Below are positions 20,296 through 29,306 of a DNA stretch of 40,302 nucleotides, piece after piece. The notes beneath the pieces were generated by a model. That model saw only the letters and a program-made list of their open reading frames with translations, was not told the origin of the DNA and made no database searches. This stretch comes from Alphaproteobacteria bacterium (GTDB lineage: Bacteria; Pseudomonadota; Alphaproteobacteria; UBA7879; VGCX01). The DNA is taken from NCBI GenBank assembly GCA_016869935.1, contig VGCX01000003.1, positions 1 to 40,302 on the forward strand. Reading direction: 5' to 3'. The position numbers and the translations under genes are program-made. Within the stretch, counting starts at the first letter, position 1; each line of letters starts with the position of its first letter.

Positions 20296-21501
20296 TTAGA
20301 AGTTGATCCGTGTTCCAAGAACAAAGGCAGATCCTTGGTTGCCCTTGCTGGTTGAAGGGTTAGAATCCAAGTAGTCTGTGTTTGCAACATAAGCTCTTCC
20401 ACTTGTTCCTGATGCTAGGTTGATATGATCAACTGGCGCTCTGAACTTGAAGTAGCTCGCCTCTCCATAGAAAGCCAAACCGTCTGCTACTGAATAATCA
20501 ACTGTGAAGGATGAAATATCAGCTTTTGCTTTTCCACTGGTTACAGTTCTTTCTGTTCCTGTGTAGCCCAAAGCCAAGCTTACAGGACCCATACCATAGG
20601 AAACACCAAGGTTAAACCCGTGTGTATTGGTATATCTTGTATCCCGACGCATATAGGACTTGCCGTTATTGAAATATCCGGCACCAAACTGCCAGTTTTC
20701 ATAATCGATCAACGTTCCAAATTGCCATGCTTTCACTGGATTAAGTTGTGTTCCTTGTGACGCTGTACCACGAGGACCTTTTGCTTTTCCAAGAGCTCCA
20801 ACAAGATATACACCAACTGTGTATGGACCAGAATCATTAGTAAAGGACAAACCACCTTCCATGTGGTTCACGGCATAAGGCTTTTCCAAAGCTGCTGACG
20901 CATACGTGCTTTGTGAACGACCTTTTTGTGATGTATCTGGTGTGTAAGATGTTCCTACCTGCCATCCGGAAACTTCTGGAGACATCCAAGTCAACTTCCC
21001 AGAACGTGCAGAACCATCTGTCACATATCCAATGTTTTGACCAAAGTCTACACCGCGTGTTACGTTAAGGATCTTATCAAGGTTTGCATCAAACCCTCCT
21101 GTACCGCCCATAACATCTGTTGCATCATAAAGCATCAAGGAAGAAACACCGTTGGTGTCACCCAACTGGAAATTTCCCATCGCATCAGATCCAAGGTAAG
21201 CATAAGCTTCGGTGAAGCGATCTTTTTCTTTACGGTCGCGACCCATATCTAAAACGGCCATAACACCGTAACTTAAACCATTATTGGCAACACTTCCGGC
21301 ATTAAACGTGATGTTTCCTTGGTTCATAGTTTGAACGCCTTTGTTTGAACGAACACGTTGATTTGTCCCAACCATATAGGCCTTGTAAACACCCGTGATT
21401 TTAACATTAGGGCCCGAAGAACTTGCGGAATCCGCGCCTGCAGAAAGAGCAACGCACGAAACTCCTACCATCATTAAGCTTGTTAATACTTTTTTATACA
21501 T
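20296..21501 (-). CDS. Outer membrane porin (Gram-negative porin family)
   Basis: Sec signal (AGA), amphipathic beta-strands, C-terminal GTRINF, AGGAGA RBS and its own terminator. Confidence 0.9.
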   Translation of the reverse strand: MYKKVLTSLMMVGVSCVALSAGADSASSSGPNVKITGVYKAYMVGTNQRVRSNKGVQTMNQGNITFNAGSVANNGLSYGVMAVLDMGRDRKEKDRFTEAYAYLGSDAMGNFQLGDTNGVSSLMLYDATDVMGGTGGFDANLDKILNVTRGVDFGQNIGYVTDGSARSGKLTWMSPEVSGWQVGTSYTPDTSQKGRSQSTYASAALEKPYAVNHMEGGLSFTNDSGPYTVGVYLVGALGKAKGPRGTASQGTQLNPVKAWQFGTLIDYENWQFGAGYFNNGKSYMRRDTRYTNTHGFNLGVSYGMGPVSLALGYTGTERTVTSGKAKADISSFTVDYSVADGLAFYGEASYFKFRAPVDHINLASGTSGRAYVANTDYLDSNPSTSKGNQGSAFVLGTRINF

Positions 21502-21587
21502 ATGACTCTCCTAACTACATAAAGCCTTTTCCTAAAATAAACCTTTTTTTCCCATCAAAGGCAAGACAATTTTATGATATTTCTTGA

Positions 21588-21749
21588 CTATTTGACCCCT
21601 TGTTGCCCCAGCGCAACAGACAGGGTTTTAGAACTTGGATATGAACGAGGATACGCACTCTCTTCTTCATAGACCAAATCACCTTTTTTCCCGCACGAGG
21701 CAAGGATGAAAACGCTTAAAAAGAATAAGTTTTTAAGATCAACACGCAT
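21588..21749 (-). CDS. Small lipoprotein, LptM/YifL-like (53 aa; not in the ORF track)
   Basis: MRVDLKNLFFLSVFILASCGKKGDLVYEEESAYPRSYPSSKTLSVALGQQGVK*. Lipobox LASC plus CGxKG; GGAGA RBS overlapping the ubiA stop, 6 nt before the ATG. Confidence 0.8.
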   Translation of the reverse strand: MRVDLKNLFFLSVFILASCGKKGDLVYEEESAYPRSYPSSKTLSVALGQQGVK

Positions 21750-21759
21750 TCATATTCTC

Positions 21760-22653
21760 CTATATTCTTCCAAGAAGGATGGCTCCTAAAACCCAAAACC
21801 CGACCCATTTTTGATTTCTAAAAAGAGCCAAAAGATTTTGCTTGTCATTTGAGTTTAAAAACCAAACCTGATAAATAAACCAACTATAAAGACTTATAAG
21901 GATTCCATAATAAATTTTTGTATATTCATTATATACACCTATGCTTATAAGCAAAAAAATCATGACAGAAAAACAGCCAAGAAGAAATGGTTTTAATTGA
22001 TCTTTAAAAAGAAGGGCTGTTGATTTTAAACCTAGCCCTTCATCTTCTTCTTTATCTTGATAGCCATAAACCGTATCATACCCAAGGGTCCAAAAAATGC
22101 CTGCCCCATATAACAGTAAAGGCTCAAGAGAAAGAGCCCCTTTTCCATCCACCCAAGCCATTAGAATCCCGCCATTAAAAACGAGTCCTAAAAAAAGCTG
22201 AGGCCAATAAGTCCAGCGCTTCATAAAAGGATAAAGAATAACTAAGGGCAAAAAAAAGAAACCCATTAAAATCGTTATTTTTTTTAATTGAAGAAGAATT
22301 AAAAATGCACCTCCCAGAAGCAACACCAGAAAGGACAACGCCTGATGTTTAGTTAAGGCACCTGCTGCCAGAGGTCTTGTTTTTGTACGCTCCACTTTTT
22401 GATCAAAGGATTGATCGGCAAGGTCATTAATAACACACCCAGCGCTACGCATAAAAATAGATCCCCATAAAAAAAAGAATACCGTCATCCAAGACCAGGT
22501 TTCACTAAGCCCAAAGGACCAAAGACACGGCAAAAACAGCAACCAGAATCCAATAGGACGATCAAGGCGCGCCAAATACAAATAAGGACGAAAAAAGGGA
22601 GGGAGAGACTCAATCCATGAAACCCTTCTTATGTCGGTATGGGGATGATACAT
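21760..22653 (-). CDS. ubiA: 4-hydroxybenzoate polyprenyltransferase
   Basis: RLDRPIG, NDLADQSFDQKVERTKTRPLA and YDTVYGYQDKEED. Confidence 0.95.
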   Translation of the reverse strand: MYHPHTDIRRVSWIESLPPFFRPYLYLARLDRPIGFWLLFLPCLWSFGLSETWSWMTVFFFLWGSIFMRSAGCVINDLADQSFDQKVERTKTRPLAAGALTKHQALSFLVLLLGGAFLILLQLKKITILMGFFFLPLVILYPFMKRWTYWPQLFLGLVFNGGILMAWVDGKGALSLEPLLLYGAGIFWTLGYDTVYGYQDKEEDEGLGLKSTALLFKDQLKPFLLGCFSVMIFLLISIGVYNEYTKIYYGILISLYSWFIYQVWFLNSNDKQNLLALFRNQKWVGFWVLGAILLGRI

Positions 22654-22697
22654 AATTATGGCTATTTTTTGTTTCTATCATTAAAGTTGAAAGTATT

Positions 22698-23405
22698 ATG
22701 AAAGATATTACAAAAATGCCAAGACTTTTTATCCAGAACATCCTAAGTCTTGGAAAGACGATTGCCCTTACAAAAGAACAGTCCCACTATATTCGAAATG
22801 TTTTGCGCCTAACCATGGGCGACTTTATAAGAGTATTTAATGGGAAAGACGGAGAATTTCTTTCCTCTCTGACAAAGAGTGATAAGATGTGCGAGATCAC
22901 GGTACAAAACCTTCTAAAACCCCAAACCATTTCAAAAGGTCCATGGCTTTTCTTTTCACCCATAAAAAAAGATCGCCTGAGTTTTTTAATTGAAAAAGCT
23001 GTTGAGTTGGGCGTTCAAAAACTAATTCCTGTCATAACGGAACGAACCATCGTCAGAACCTTTAATATTGAAAAGGCTCATTTAAGCATTATTGAAGCCT
23101 CTGAACAATGTGAACGACTGGATGTCCCAGAGATTTTACCCTTCATCACGCTCAAGGATATTTTCAAAACGCTAAAAGAACCTCAACGCCTTTATTTTTG
23201 TAAGGAACGAAGCGATGCGCCTCCCCTTCGATCCTTATCAATTTCACCAGATTCTGGCATCTTGATTGGTCCAGAGGGAGGATTTGCTGATACAGAAATT
23301 GCTTTTCTGGAATCTAGCCCTCAGACCCAGGCCGTATCCTTGGGTGATCGGATCTTAAGAGCCGAAACCGCAGCAATCTATGCCTTGAGTCAAATCTCTT
23401 CCTAA
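22698..23405 (+). CDS. rsmE: 16S rRNA m3U1498 methyltransferase
   Basis: HYIRNVLR, EKAVELGV, EASEQC, IGPEGG and LGDRILRAETA. Confidence 0.96.
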   Translation: MKDITKMPRLFIQNILSLGKTIALTKEQSHYIRNVLRLTMGDFIRVFNGKDGEFLSSLTKSDKMCEITVQNLLKPQTISKGPWLFFSPIKKDRLSFLIEKAVELGVQKLIPVITERTIVRTFNIEKAHLSIIEASEQCERLDVPEILPFITLKDIFKTLKEPQRLYFCKERSDAPPLRSLSISPDSGILIGPEGGFADTEIAFLESSPQTQAVSLGDRILRAETAAIYALSQISS

Positions 23406-23408
23406 AGA

Positions 23409-23437
23409 TTGCCTTTTAACCCTTCCGGTGCCATACT
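23409..23437 (+). promoter_or_regulatory. Putative sigma70 promoter of the small peptide gene
   Basis: TTGCCT-17 nt-CATACT, 36 nt upstream of the ATG at 23474. Confidence 0.6.
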
Positions 23438-23473
23438 AAGACATAACGATAATTATTCTTGGAGGATTTAATC

Positions 23474-23605
23474 ATGAAAAAAGTATTTGCTGTTCTTTTA
23501 GGTATGTTGACAACGTATGGGTTTGTCGCATCTGCTGATTTTGTGGATCCTGTTCCAAACAGCGGTCAAGTTGTAAAGGGTGTTTGGGTTCCAAATCAAC
23601 GTTAA
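23474..23605 (+). CDS. Small exported prepeptide, 43 aa (not in the ORF track)
   Basis: MKKVFAVLLGMLTTYGFVASA|DFVDPVPNSGQVVKGVWVPNQR*. GGAGGA RBS at 23461, Sec-type signal ending in A-S-A, flanked by a promoter and a terminator. Confidence 0.8.
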   Translation: MKKVFAVLLGMLTTYGFVASADFVDPVPNSGQVVKGVWVPNQR

Positions 23606-23621
23606 TTTGAATTTTGCCTTT

Positions 23622-23659
23622 AATGCCTAAGATGAAAGTCTTAGGCATTTGTTATTTTT
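23622..23659 (+). terminator. Intrinsic terminator after the small peptide gene
   Basis: AATGCCTAAGAT-GAAA-GTCTTAGGCATT 12-bp stem (one U-G pair) followed by TGTTATTTTT. Confidence 0.8.
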
Positions 23660-23730
23660 AACTTCCGATTCTTTGATTTTTGTATTATGGTGTCTTTCTA
23701 TTAAATTGTGATTTTTAGGCACAGAAATAA

Positions 23731-24573
23731 ATGAATAAAATTTTTTCTTTATTACGACTGAATCTAATAGTTCTCTCTTTGGGGATATTAACCAGCTGTG
23801 GATCTTCGAAAGATGAAAAATTTGAGGAAAAAAGCCCCGAAGACCTTTATACAAGGGCCGATAAACTTTTAGAAAAAGGCGAAAATAAAAAAGCAGCCGT
23901 TGCCTTTGAAGAAGTCGTTCGTCAACATCCTTATTCAAAATGGGCAACTTCTGCCCAAATTATGGCTGCTTATGCGTATTATAAGGGTCAGGCTTTTGAA
24001 GATGCTCTCGCCAATATTGATAGCTTCCTTCAAATGCACCCAGGCAGCGAATACGTTCCCTATGCCTATTTCTTAAAAGGACTTTGTTACTATGTTCAGG
24101 TTTCCGACACAGAGCGGGATCAGTCCTCAACAGAACAGGCTCTTTCGATCTTTTTAGAACTGATTAAACGATTCCCAACAAGCGCCTACTCTAAAGATGC
24201 TCGATTCAAAATCGATCTTTTGAGAGACTATATTGCTGGAAAAAATATGGAAGTGGGTCGGTTTTACCTTTCTCAAAAACAATACATAGCAGCCCTTAAT
24301 CGTTTTCAAAATACAGTTAAAAATTTTGAAGGAACAACGCACATACCAGAGGCCCTGTATCGGTTGGTTGAAACCTATTTGATTCTGGGAATTGTTCCAG
24401 AAGCTCAAAGAACAGCGCGTGTTCTCGGACACAATTATCCCGATAGCTCTTGGTATAAAGAAGCGTATCAGCTTTTAGAGAACAAGCAAATGCTTCCTTC
24501 AGCAGACTCTTCTATGAAAATTACAAAACAATGGGAGCAGCAGCCCAATGCTGCAAAGCATAACCGCCTCTAA
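23731..24573 (+). CDS. bamD: Outer membrane protein assembly factor BamD
   Basis: Lipobox LTSC, TPRs, RDQ, AALNRF and EALYRLVE; precedes recN-ligA. Confidence 0.95.
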   Translation: MNKIFSLLRLNLIVLSLGILTSCGSSKDEKFEEKSPEDLYTRADKLLEKGENKKAAVAFEEVVRQHPYSKWATSAQIMAAYAYYKGQAFEDALANIDSFLQMHPGSEYVPYAYFLKGLCYYVQVSDTERDQSSTEQALSIFLELIKRFPTSAYSKDARFKIDLLRDYIAGKNMEVGRFYLSQKQYIAALNRFQNTVKNFEGTTHIPEALYRLVETYLILGIVPEAQRTARVLGHNYPDSSWYKEAYQLLENKQMLPSADSSMKITKQWEQQPNAAKHNRL

Positions 24574-26197
24574 TATCGCTGTTGTCAGCCACATTCACGT
24601 CGATCTTTGTTCTGGCCTTAATGTTTTTACAGGAGAGACAGGCGCAGGGAAGTCTGTTCTTCTTGATGCCCTTGCCTTTGGCCTTGGGTCCAGAGCCCAA
24701 ACAACCCTTATTCGAGAAGGGGCTCATGAAGCTTCTGTTACTCTTGTTTTTGAATTAATCCCTCCCTACACTTTTTTAGAGGATTTGCATATTCCTATAG
24801 AGGACAACACCCTTATCATAAGAAGGTTTATGACAAAAGATGGGAAAGGAAAGTGTTTTATCAATGATACTGCAACCACCGTTTCTAGCCTTAAAACCCT
24901 TGGCGAGTCGTTGATCGAAATTCACGGTCAATTTGATCGACTTTTATTGCCAACCCACCATCGAATGGCTCTAGATTCCTTTGGGGACTTGGAACCTTTA
25001 TCAAAAGAAGTCCAAGAAACCTATGAAAAATGGAAAAAAGCAGAGCGCGATCTTTTTCAAACAAAACAGATTCTTCAAACCCAACTAGAAAACAAAGAGT
25101 ATACGGAATTTTGCGCACAAGAATTGCAACAGTTTAATCCTCAACCTAAAGAAGAAGAGACCCTGGTCCAACAGCGATCTTTAGTTTTGCATAAAGAAAA
25201 AATTCAATCCGCCTTAAAAAATGCCCTTCGAGAACTTCAAGAAAAAGCCCCTGTAGAATCTATTTTTAAAAATACATATCGATTTTTGCAACAAGGCAAC
25301 GTTGATGGACAACTATCCCTATTGATAGAACGGACAGATCTTCTGTTGGTTGAAATTCAAGAATTTATGAGCGAACTGGAGCAAGCGGGTCAAGAATTTG
25401 AGGAACAAAACCAGGAACTATCTTTGGAATTTCTTGAGCAACGGTTATTTTCTTTAAGGGCTCTTGCAAAAAAACATCGATGCAGTCCCGATGATTTGCC
25501 AGATTTTTTGCTGCAGTTACAAGTAAACTTAGATGCCATAAGTAACAGTGATGCCTCCGTAAAAGCCCTTGAAAAGGAAGCCGATCTTTGTAAATTAACT
25601 TACAAAAACAAAGCAACAGATCTTAGCGCAAAAAGAAAAGAAGTAGCCCATTATTTAGAAAAAGTAATTGCACAAGAACTTCCCCCTTTAAAGCTTCAAG
25701 CACATCTTAAGGTGAATTTTCATTCTATTCCTGAAGATCAATGGTCAGAGCACGGTATGGAAACGATTGAATTTTTTGTCTCAACGAATCCGGGGGATCC
25801 TTTTGGGCCTCTTTCCAAAATTGCCTCTGGTGGTGAATTATCAAGAATTATGCTGGCTTTAAAAGTTGTCTTAAATCAAAAAAATCAAGTCCCAACCCTG
25901 ATCTTTGATGAAATAGATACAGGAACAGGGGGATCTGTCGCAGATGCTATGGGAAAAAGACTTCATGGTCTTGCAAAAAATGTCCAAGTGCTTGCTGTAA
26001 CTCACAGTCCTCAGGTAGCCTCTTATGGAGATCATCATTACTTTGTTTCAAAGGCTCTTGAAGAGGGGCGGATGAAAACAACAATTGAAGAATTAAGGGA
26101 TCATTCCCAAAAGGTAGAAGAAATTGCTCGTATGCTTTCAGGATCTAGCATTACACCTCAAGCTAAAGCTGCTGCAGAAGAACTATTAAAGGATTGA
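24548..26197 (+). CDS. recN: DNA repair protein RecN
   Basis: TGETGAGKS, EIHGQ, ASGGELSR, FDEIDTG and EIARMLSG. Confidence 0.97.
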   Translation: MLQSITASNIAVVSHIHVDLCSGLNVFTGETGAGKSVLLDALAFGLGSRAQTTLIREGAHEASVTLVFELIPPYTFLEDLHIPIEDNTLIIRRFMTKDGKGKCFINDTATTVSSLKTLGESLIEIHGQFDRLLLPTHHRMALDSFGDLEPLSKEVQETYEKWKKAERDLFQTKQILQTQLENKEYTEFCAQELQQFNPQPKEEETLVQQRSLVLHKEKIQSALKNALRELQEKAPVESIFKNTYRFLQQGNVDGQLSLLIERTDLLLVEIQEFMSELEQAGQEFEEQNQELSLEFLEQRLFSLRALAKKHRCSPDDLPDFLLQLQVNLDAISNSDASVKALEKEADLCKLTYKNKATDLSAKRKEVAHYLEKVIAQELPPLKLQAHLKVNFHSIPEDQWSEHGMETIEFFVSTNPGDPFGPLSKIASGGELSRIMLALKVVLNQKNQVPTLIFDEIDTGTGGSVADAMGKRLHGLAKNVQVLAVTHSPQVASYGDHHYFVSKALEEGRMKTTIEELRDHSQKVEEIARMLSGSSITPQAKAAAEELLKD

Positions 26198-26202
26198 CCC
26201 CC

Positions 26203-28296
26203 ATGAGCCTTTTTAAATCCCTTCCAGAAATTCCAACATCAGAAGCAAAAGCACGCGCAAAACTCGATCACCTTTATAAGGAACTTTTTTATCATAATTA
26301 TTGCTACTACGAACTCAATGAACCAGAAATTTCTGATGAGGATTATGATGCTCTGTTTCAAGAGGCGCTAGCCCTCGAAAGAGCTTATCCTCATTTAAAA
26401 AAGGACAATACCCCAACAAAAAGTGTTGGATATGCGCCTCTTGAAAAATTTGAAAAGGTCTCGCATTCCGTTCCTATGCTTTCCCTTGATAATGCCTTTA
26501 AACAAGAAGGAATTGAAGACTTTATCAAGCGCATTAAAAAATTTCTAGGCCTTGAGATAGACGCTCCTTTAGAATTTATGGCAGAACCCAAAATTGATGG
26601 ATTATCAGCAGCCCTTCGCTATGAAAAGGGCCATCTTGTTCTTGGATGCACAAGAGGGGATGGAACGACGGGCGAAAATATTACTCATACGCTTAGAACC
26701 ATCCACTCTATTCCTCACCATCTTAAGGGAGACGATTATCCTGATTTTTTGGAAGTACGCGGGGAAGTTTTTTTATCAAAAGAAGACTTTTTACTATTGA
26801 ATGAAGAACGCGAGAAAGAAGGACTTCCTGCCTTTGCAAACCCTAGAAATGCGGCAGCGGGATCTGTTCGCCAGTTAGATTCTGTGGTTGCAGCAAAACG
26901 CCCTCTCCAGTTTTTTGCCTATAGCCTAGCCTTAATTCCAGAAGGAATCAAAACACAACGCGCGCTTTTAGATTCCTTAAAAAAGTGGGGATTTTCGCTT
27001 GGAGATCCTTTAAAAATCTGTGGGTCTTTAAGCGATCTTTTGGAATATTATGGGTCTGTTGAAAAAATCCGATCCCACCTACCTTATGATATTGATGGTG
27101 TCGTTTATAAAGTGAATCGCCTTGATTACCAAGAGCGTTTAGGACAAGTGTCTAGATCCCCTCGCTGGGCGATTGCGCATAAATTTCAAGCAAGTCAAGG
27201 CGAAACTATTTTAAAAGCCATTACAATTCAGGTTGGAAGAACCGGTGTTTTAACACCCGTCGCAGAGTTGGAGCCTATCAATCTTGGTGGCGTTTTGGTT
27301 TCACGAGCAACCCTTCATAATGCGGATGAACTTCTTCGAAAAGATATTCGTGAAGGCGATCGTGTTTTGATTCAAAGAGCGGGTGATGTTATTCCTCAGG
27401 TTGTTCGAGTTTTATCAACTGACTCTTCAAAAAGAAATCCCCCCTTTATTTTTCCAAACCACTGTCCTATTTGCCATAGCCATGCTTATCGAGACCCAGA
27501 GGAAGCCGCAACCCGTTGTACTGGCGGGTTTAATTGCTCTGCTCAAGCAAAAGAGCGATTAAAGCATTTTGTTTCTCGCCACGCCTTTGACATCGAAGGA
27601 TTAGGGGACAAAAGCATCGACTTTTTCTGGGAACAGAAACGAATTCTTTCTCCGATGGATATCTTTACTCTGGAGGAACGAGATTCAAAAGAGACACCAT
27701 CCCTTAAAATGATCCCAGGATGGGGAGAAAAATCTGCAGAAAATTTATTTCAAGCGATTCGAGAAAAAAACCACATTTCATTTGATCGATTTCTTTATGC
27801 CCTAGGCATCCGCCATATTGGTCAGATAACCGCAAAAAGTTTGGCTCTGAGTTATGAAACAGCCCCTGCTTGGTATGAATTTATGGAAAAAATGGCCGCA
27901 GAATCCTTAGAAAGCGAAGCATTCCAATCTCTTATTTCCATTAATATGATTGGCCAAACAATAGGTCTTTCTCTTTACGAATTCTTTAGAGAACCCCTAA
28001 ACAAAAAAATGGTAAAAGACTTAATAGAGTTCTTAACAATTATTCCAATACAACAAACAAAAGGAATTCTTTCGGGAAAAACTTTTCTTTTTACAGGCAC
28101 CCTGCAAACCATGACGCGTGAAGAAGCAAAACAAAAGGTTGAGTCATTAGGAGGAAAAATAACCAGCAGCCTGTCTTCGCAAACAAACTTTTTAGTCGTT
28201 GGCGAAAATCCTGGAAGCAAAATCCAAAAAGCTCAAGCAATTGGTGTCCCTATTCTTAATGAACAAGAATGGCTTCAGCTCATCCAAAAGCCCTAA
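26203..28296 (+). CDS. ligA: NAD-dependent DNA ligase
   Basis: PMLSL, EPKIDG, NPRNAAAGS, QVGRTG, zinc finger and BRCT domain. The ATG at 26203 is preferred over the TTG at 26194. Confidence 0.97.
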   Translation: MSLFKSLPEIPTSEAKARAKLDHLYKELFYHNYCYYELNEPEISDEDYDALFQEALALERAYPHLKKDNTPTKSVGYAPLEKFEKVSHSVPMLSLDNAFKQEGIEDFIKRIKKFLGLEIDAPLEFMAEPKIDGLSAALRYEKGHLVLGCTRGDGTTGENITHTLRTIHSIPHHLKGDDYPDFLEVRGEVFLSKEDFLLLNEEREKEGLPAFANPRNAAAGSVRQLDSVVAAKRPLQFFAYSLALIPEGIKTQRALLDSLKKWGFSLGDPLKICGSLSDLLEYYGSVEKIRSHLPYDIDGVVYKVNRLDYQERLGQVSRSPRWAIAHKFQASQGETILKAITIQVGRTGVLTPVAELEPINLGGVLVSRATLHNADELLRKDIREGDRVLIQRAGDVIPQVVRVLSTDSSKRNPPFIFPNHCPICHSHAYRDPEEAATRCTGGFNCSAQAKERLKHFVSRHAFDIEGLGDKSIDFFWEQKRILSPMDIFTLEERDSKETPSLKMIPGWGEKSAENLFQAIREKNHISFDRFLYALGIRHIGQITAKSLALSYETAPAWYEFMEKMAAESLESEAFQSLISINMIGQTIGLSLYEFFREPLNKKMVKDLIEFLTIIPIQQTKGILSGKTFLFTGTLQTMTREEAKQKVESLGGKITSSLSSQTNFLVVGENPGSKIQKAQAIGVPILNEQEWLQLIQKP

Positions 28297-29306
28297 TCCA
28301 GAAACGAAGACAGCTTTAGTTTTACAGCCTCAGCTGGTATTGTTCTTATATCAGCACTCCCAAAATCTCTGGATTTTATGATAACAACAGAGGAAGAAAA
28401 GGGATGTACTTTTTCTGCTTTTGTGTGCCCAAACAAAGAAATTATTGGACACCCCCCTGCTGCTAACAAGTGTCCTGCACCCGAATCATTCGAAACACAA
28501 ACCGTTAAAAATTTGGCAATCGCAATTGTATACAAAAGAGATTGTGTAAAAGCAGGATAGTGTTGGAGAGGAAAAATATCTCCAGGACATAGGGTAGACA
28601 ACTGTTCGTACATATCATTTTCTTGCGGACCTAAAATCCAAACGGGAACAAAATTTTTTGTTCGTATAAAAGAAGATAGCTCCATAAAATATTCCAACGG
28701 CCAGCATTTTTTCCGATTTCCAGCTCCTGGAACAAGTCCTATATATTTTAGCTTAGGATCAAAAATGGAGGAAACTTTTTCAGAAATTGAAGACGGCATA
28801 GAAACCGAAAAAGAGGTTCTTTGAATTTTTTTTTGCGCCGCTACATCAACAAGATCTAAAAGTTTCTCTGTTAAATGAAGAGGATATTTATATTTTTTAT
28901 TCAAAGGCTTAAGAGAAGAGTAAAGATAACTATGCAACGAACAAACAAAAAACGAATGAGGGTTTCTTTTTAAAATCAGAGTTTTTTTTAAATTATTTTC
29001 CGTATTGATAATCATATCAAACGAAGGCAGGAGGTTATTTTTTTGAATTAAATCACGCCACCGCATTTTTTTAGGAAATGCATTTTCTATTACTTGATTC
29101 AAAAAATCTTTTACAAGAGGTTTTAACACAGATGCATAGGGGCTGCTACCAATACCCACAATCCATGTAATATGAGTTTCAGGAAATGCTTTCCTAAGAG
29201 CTTGCAAAAAAGGTAATTTTAAAAGACTTTCTCCAATTAAGTCCTTTTCAACAAAAACCCCTATAGTTTTAATTTTATTTGGATGAAGCGTTTTGATAGG
29301 ATTCAT
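28293..29306 (-). CDS. Glycosyltransferase family 9 (heptosyltransferase-like)
   Basis: LIGE...LRKAFP, PGAG..KKCWP, SNDSGAGHL and SLFG.T motifs. Confidence 0.85.
   Translation of the reverse strand: MNPIKTLHPNKIKTIGVFVEKDLIGESLLKLPFLQALRKAFPETHITWIVGIGSSPYASVLKPLVKDFLNQVIENAFPKKMRWRDLIQKNNLLPSFDMIINTENNLKKTLILKRNPHSFFVCSLHSYLYSSLKPLNKKYKYPLHLTEKLLDLVDVAAQKKIQRTSFSVSMPSSISEKVSSIFDPKLKYIGLVPGAGNRKKCWPLEYFMELSSFIRTKNFVPVWILGPQENDMYEQLSTLCPGDIFPLQHYPAFTQSLLYTIAIAKFLTVCVSNDSGAGHLLAAGGCPIISLFGHTKAEKVHPFSSSVVIIKSRDFGSADIRTIPAEAVKLKLSSFLD

Noticed and set aside
21742-21753. Mini-ORF MNAC* overlapping the small lipoprotein start
   Set aside because: Its ATG is only 2 nt from the RBS; the second ATG has proper spacing.
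23627-23947. 106-aa minus-strand ORF in the track
   Set aside because: It is antisense to bamD, runs into the terminator hairpin and has no recognisable motif; a shadow ORF.
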